Source: Macrostomum lignano (lineage: Eukaryota). From it: a stretch of DNA of 64,000 nucleotides. The stretch covers positions 1 to 64,000 of the forward strand of contig NIVC01000305.1 in NCBI GenBank assembly GCA_002269645.1, written 5' to 3'. A program made the translations under genes and the position numbers. The notes under the pieces are model-generated. The model saw only the letters and a program-made list of their open reading frames with translations. It ran no database searches and was not told where the DNA came from. Positions 63,057 through 64,000 of this stretch are shown piece by piece; the stretch's first letter is position 1, and every line of letters begins with the position of its first letter.

Positions 63057-64000
63057 GAATCTGTAGCAGTTATTATAAATAGCTCGTATTAGCTTTATTG
63101 TCCTACTTTTCCTTTCATTGCCTTTCACATAAACCAATAGACAATGACATTTAGATAACACTGTACGCTGCGGAGTAATTCCTGAGCTTTGTCATACGAC
63201 CAGAAATTTACTCAACCCATAGCGTTATAACCGCGAGCTCTAAAAGCTCTAAACTCATAGCAAACATCTAAATATCCCTCGCGCAGAAGTAAAGTTTTAT
63301 CATTATTATTTTCAGCATTACAATTACGAGTATAAAGCTGCTATAACTATTATTTTAAAACGCATCGGTCTTTGAAAACAGCCGTGCCGATCCATTTCAC
63401 CGAAAACAGATTTATGACGCGATTTTGTTTCCTGCTTGGAACACATCGTCTGCTTAGCAATGTGGTGCTTTGCATTTTTGTGGTGCTTTAATTTATTAGT
63501 TTATTATAGCTTAAAAAGGCAATACAGTACTGTAGTAAACTTCAAAAGTGATTAGAAAAGAAAAACACTATAAGCAAATTTAAATTGCAAATTACAAAAT
63601 GACAGCATTGGTGCTTAATTTTACTTTCCATTGGAACAGAGAATGATGGAATTGAAAGAAGTATCTGCTTACCAATTAAACGATTTCTGTTAGCTGAATC
63701 AGAGATAAAATGCATTTTGATATTCAGACAACGAACCATAATTCAAAGTTCATAATTCATTTTTAAATTGAAACCCAACAGTTTTTTCTAAATTTTTAGA
63801 ATCTGCGTTGATAATCAGCGGCCAATTTAAGTTCAACTCTACGCGTGTCTAAGCTTGCACTGAAAACAAATAGTTCCCTCTTTTCAATCAAATGCAGCTG
63901 TTAGCAATCTTTTTTACTTTGACTTTGAAAGTGAGACTTTTAACTTCCTTATATCCTGCTTGAATCTTCAACTTTTTCCATGTTCTACCATTATCGTTCG

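Overview
Eukaryotic (animal) genomic DNA, repeat-rich, with GC-rich exons and AT-rich, minisatellite-filled introns. The style suggests a macrostomid flatworm such as Macrostomum, but that is inference only. Left third (1-20.6 kb): three host genes in tandem on the minus strand. These are an NCOA4-like gene (3 coding exons), a complete 8-exon NCKAP1/Nap1/Hem gene (~1139 aa, every intron filled by a tandem repeat) and the first coding exon of a PKN-like kinase (three HR1 repeats, broken by several short indels). The rest is a nested mobile-element region: hAT-type MITEs, solo LTRs, an I/Ingi-group LINE relic, a Gypsy fragment joined to an RTE 3' end, a Crypton tyrosine recombinase relic and a head-to-tail non-autonomous Helitron array. 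It also holds a decayed Polinton/adintovirus-like element (PolB pieces, integrase, PLA2, packaging ATPase, small structural ORFs). That element is split by a Penelope fragment, which is itself split by a nearly intact Loa-type LINE with a 12-bp TSD. Decayed METTL24-like genes follow at 59.4-63 kb. I found no rRNA, true tRNA gene or CRISPR array. All calls come from reading the sequence and recognising motifs; no database search was run.
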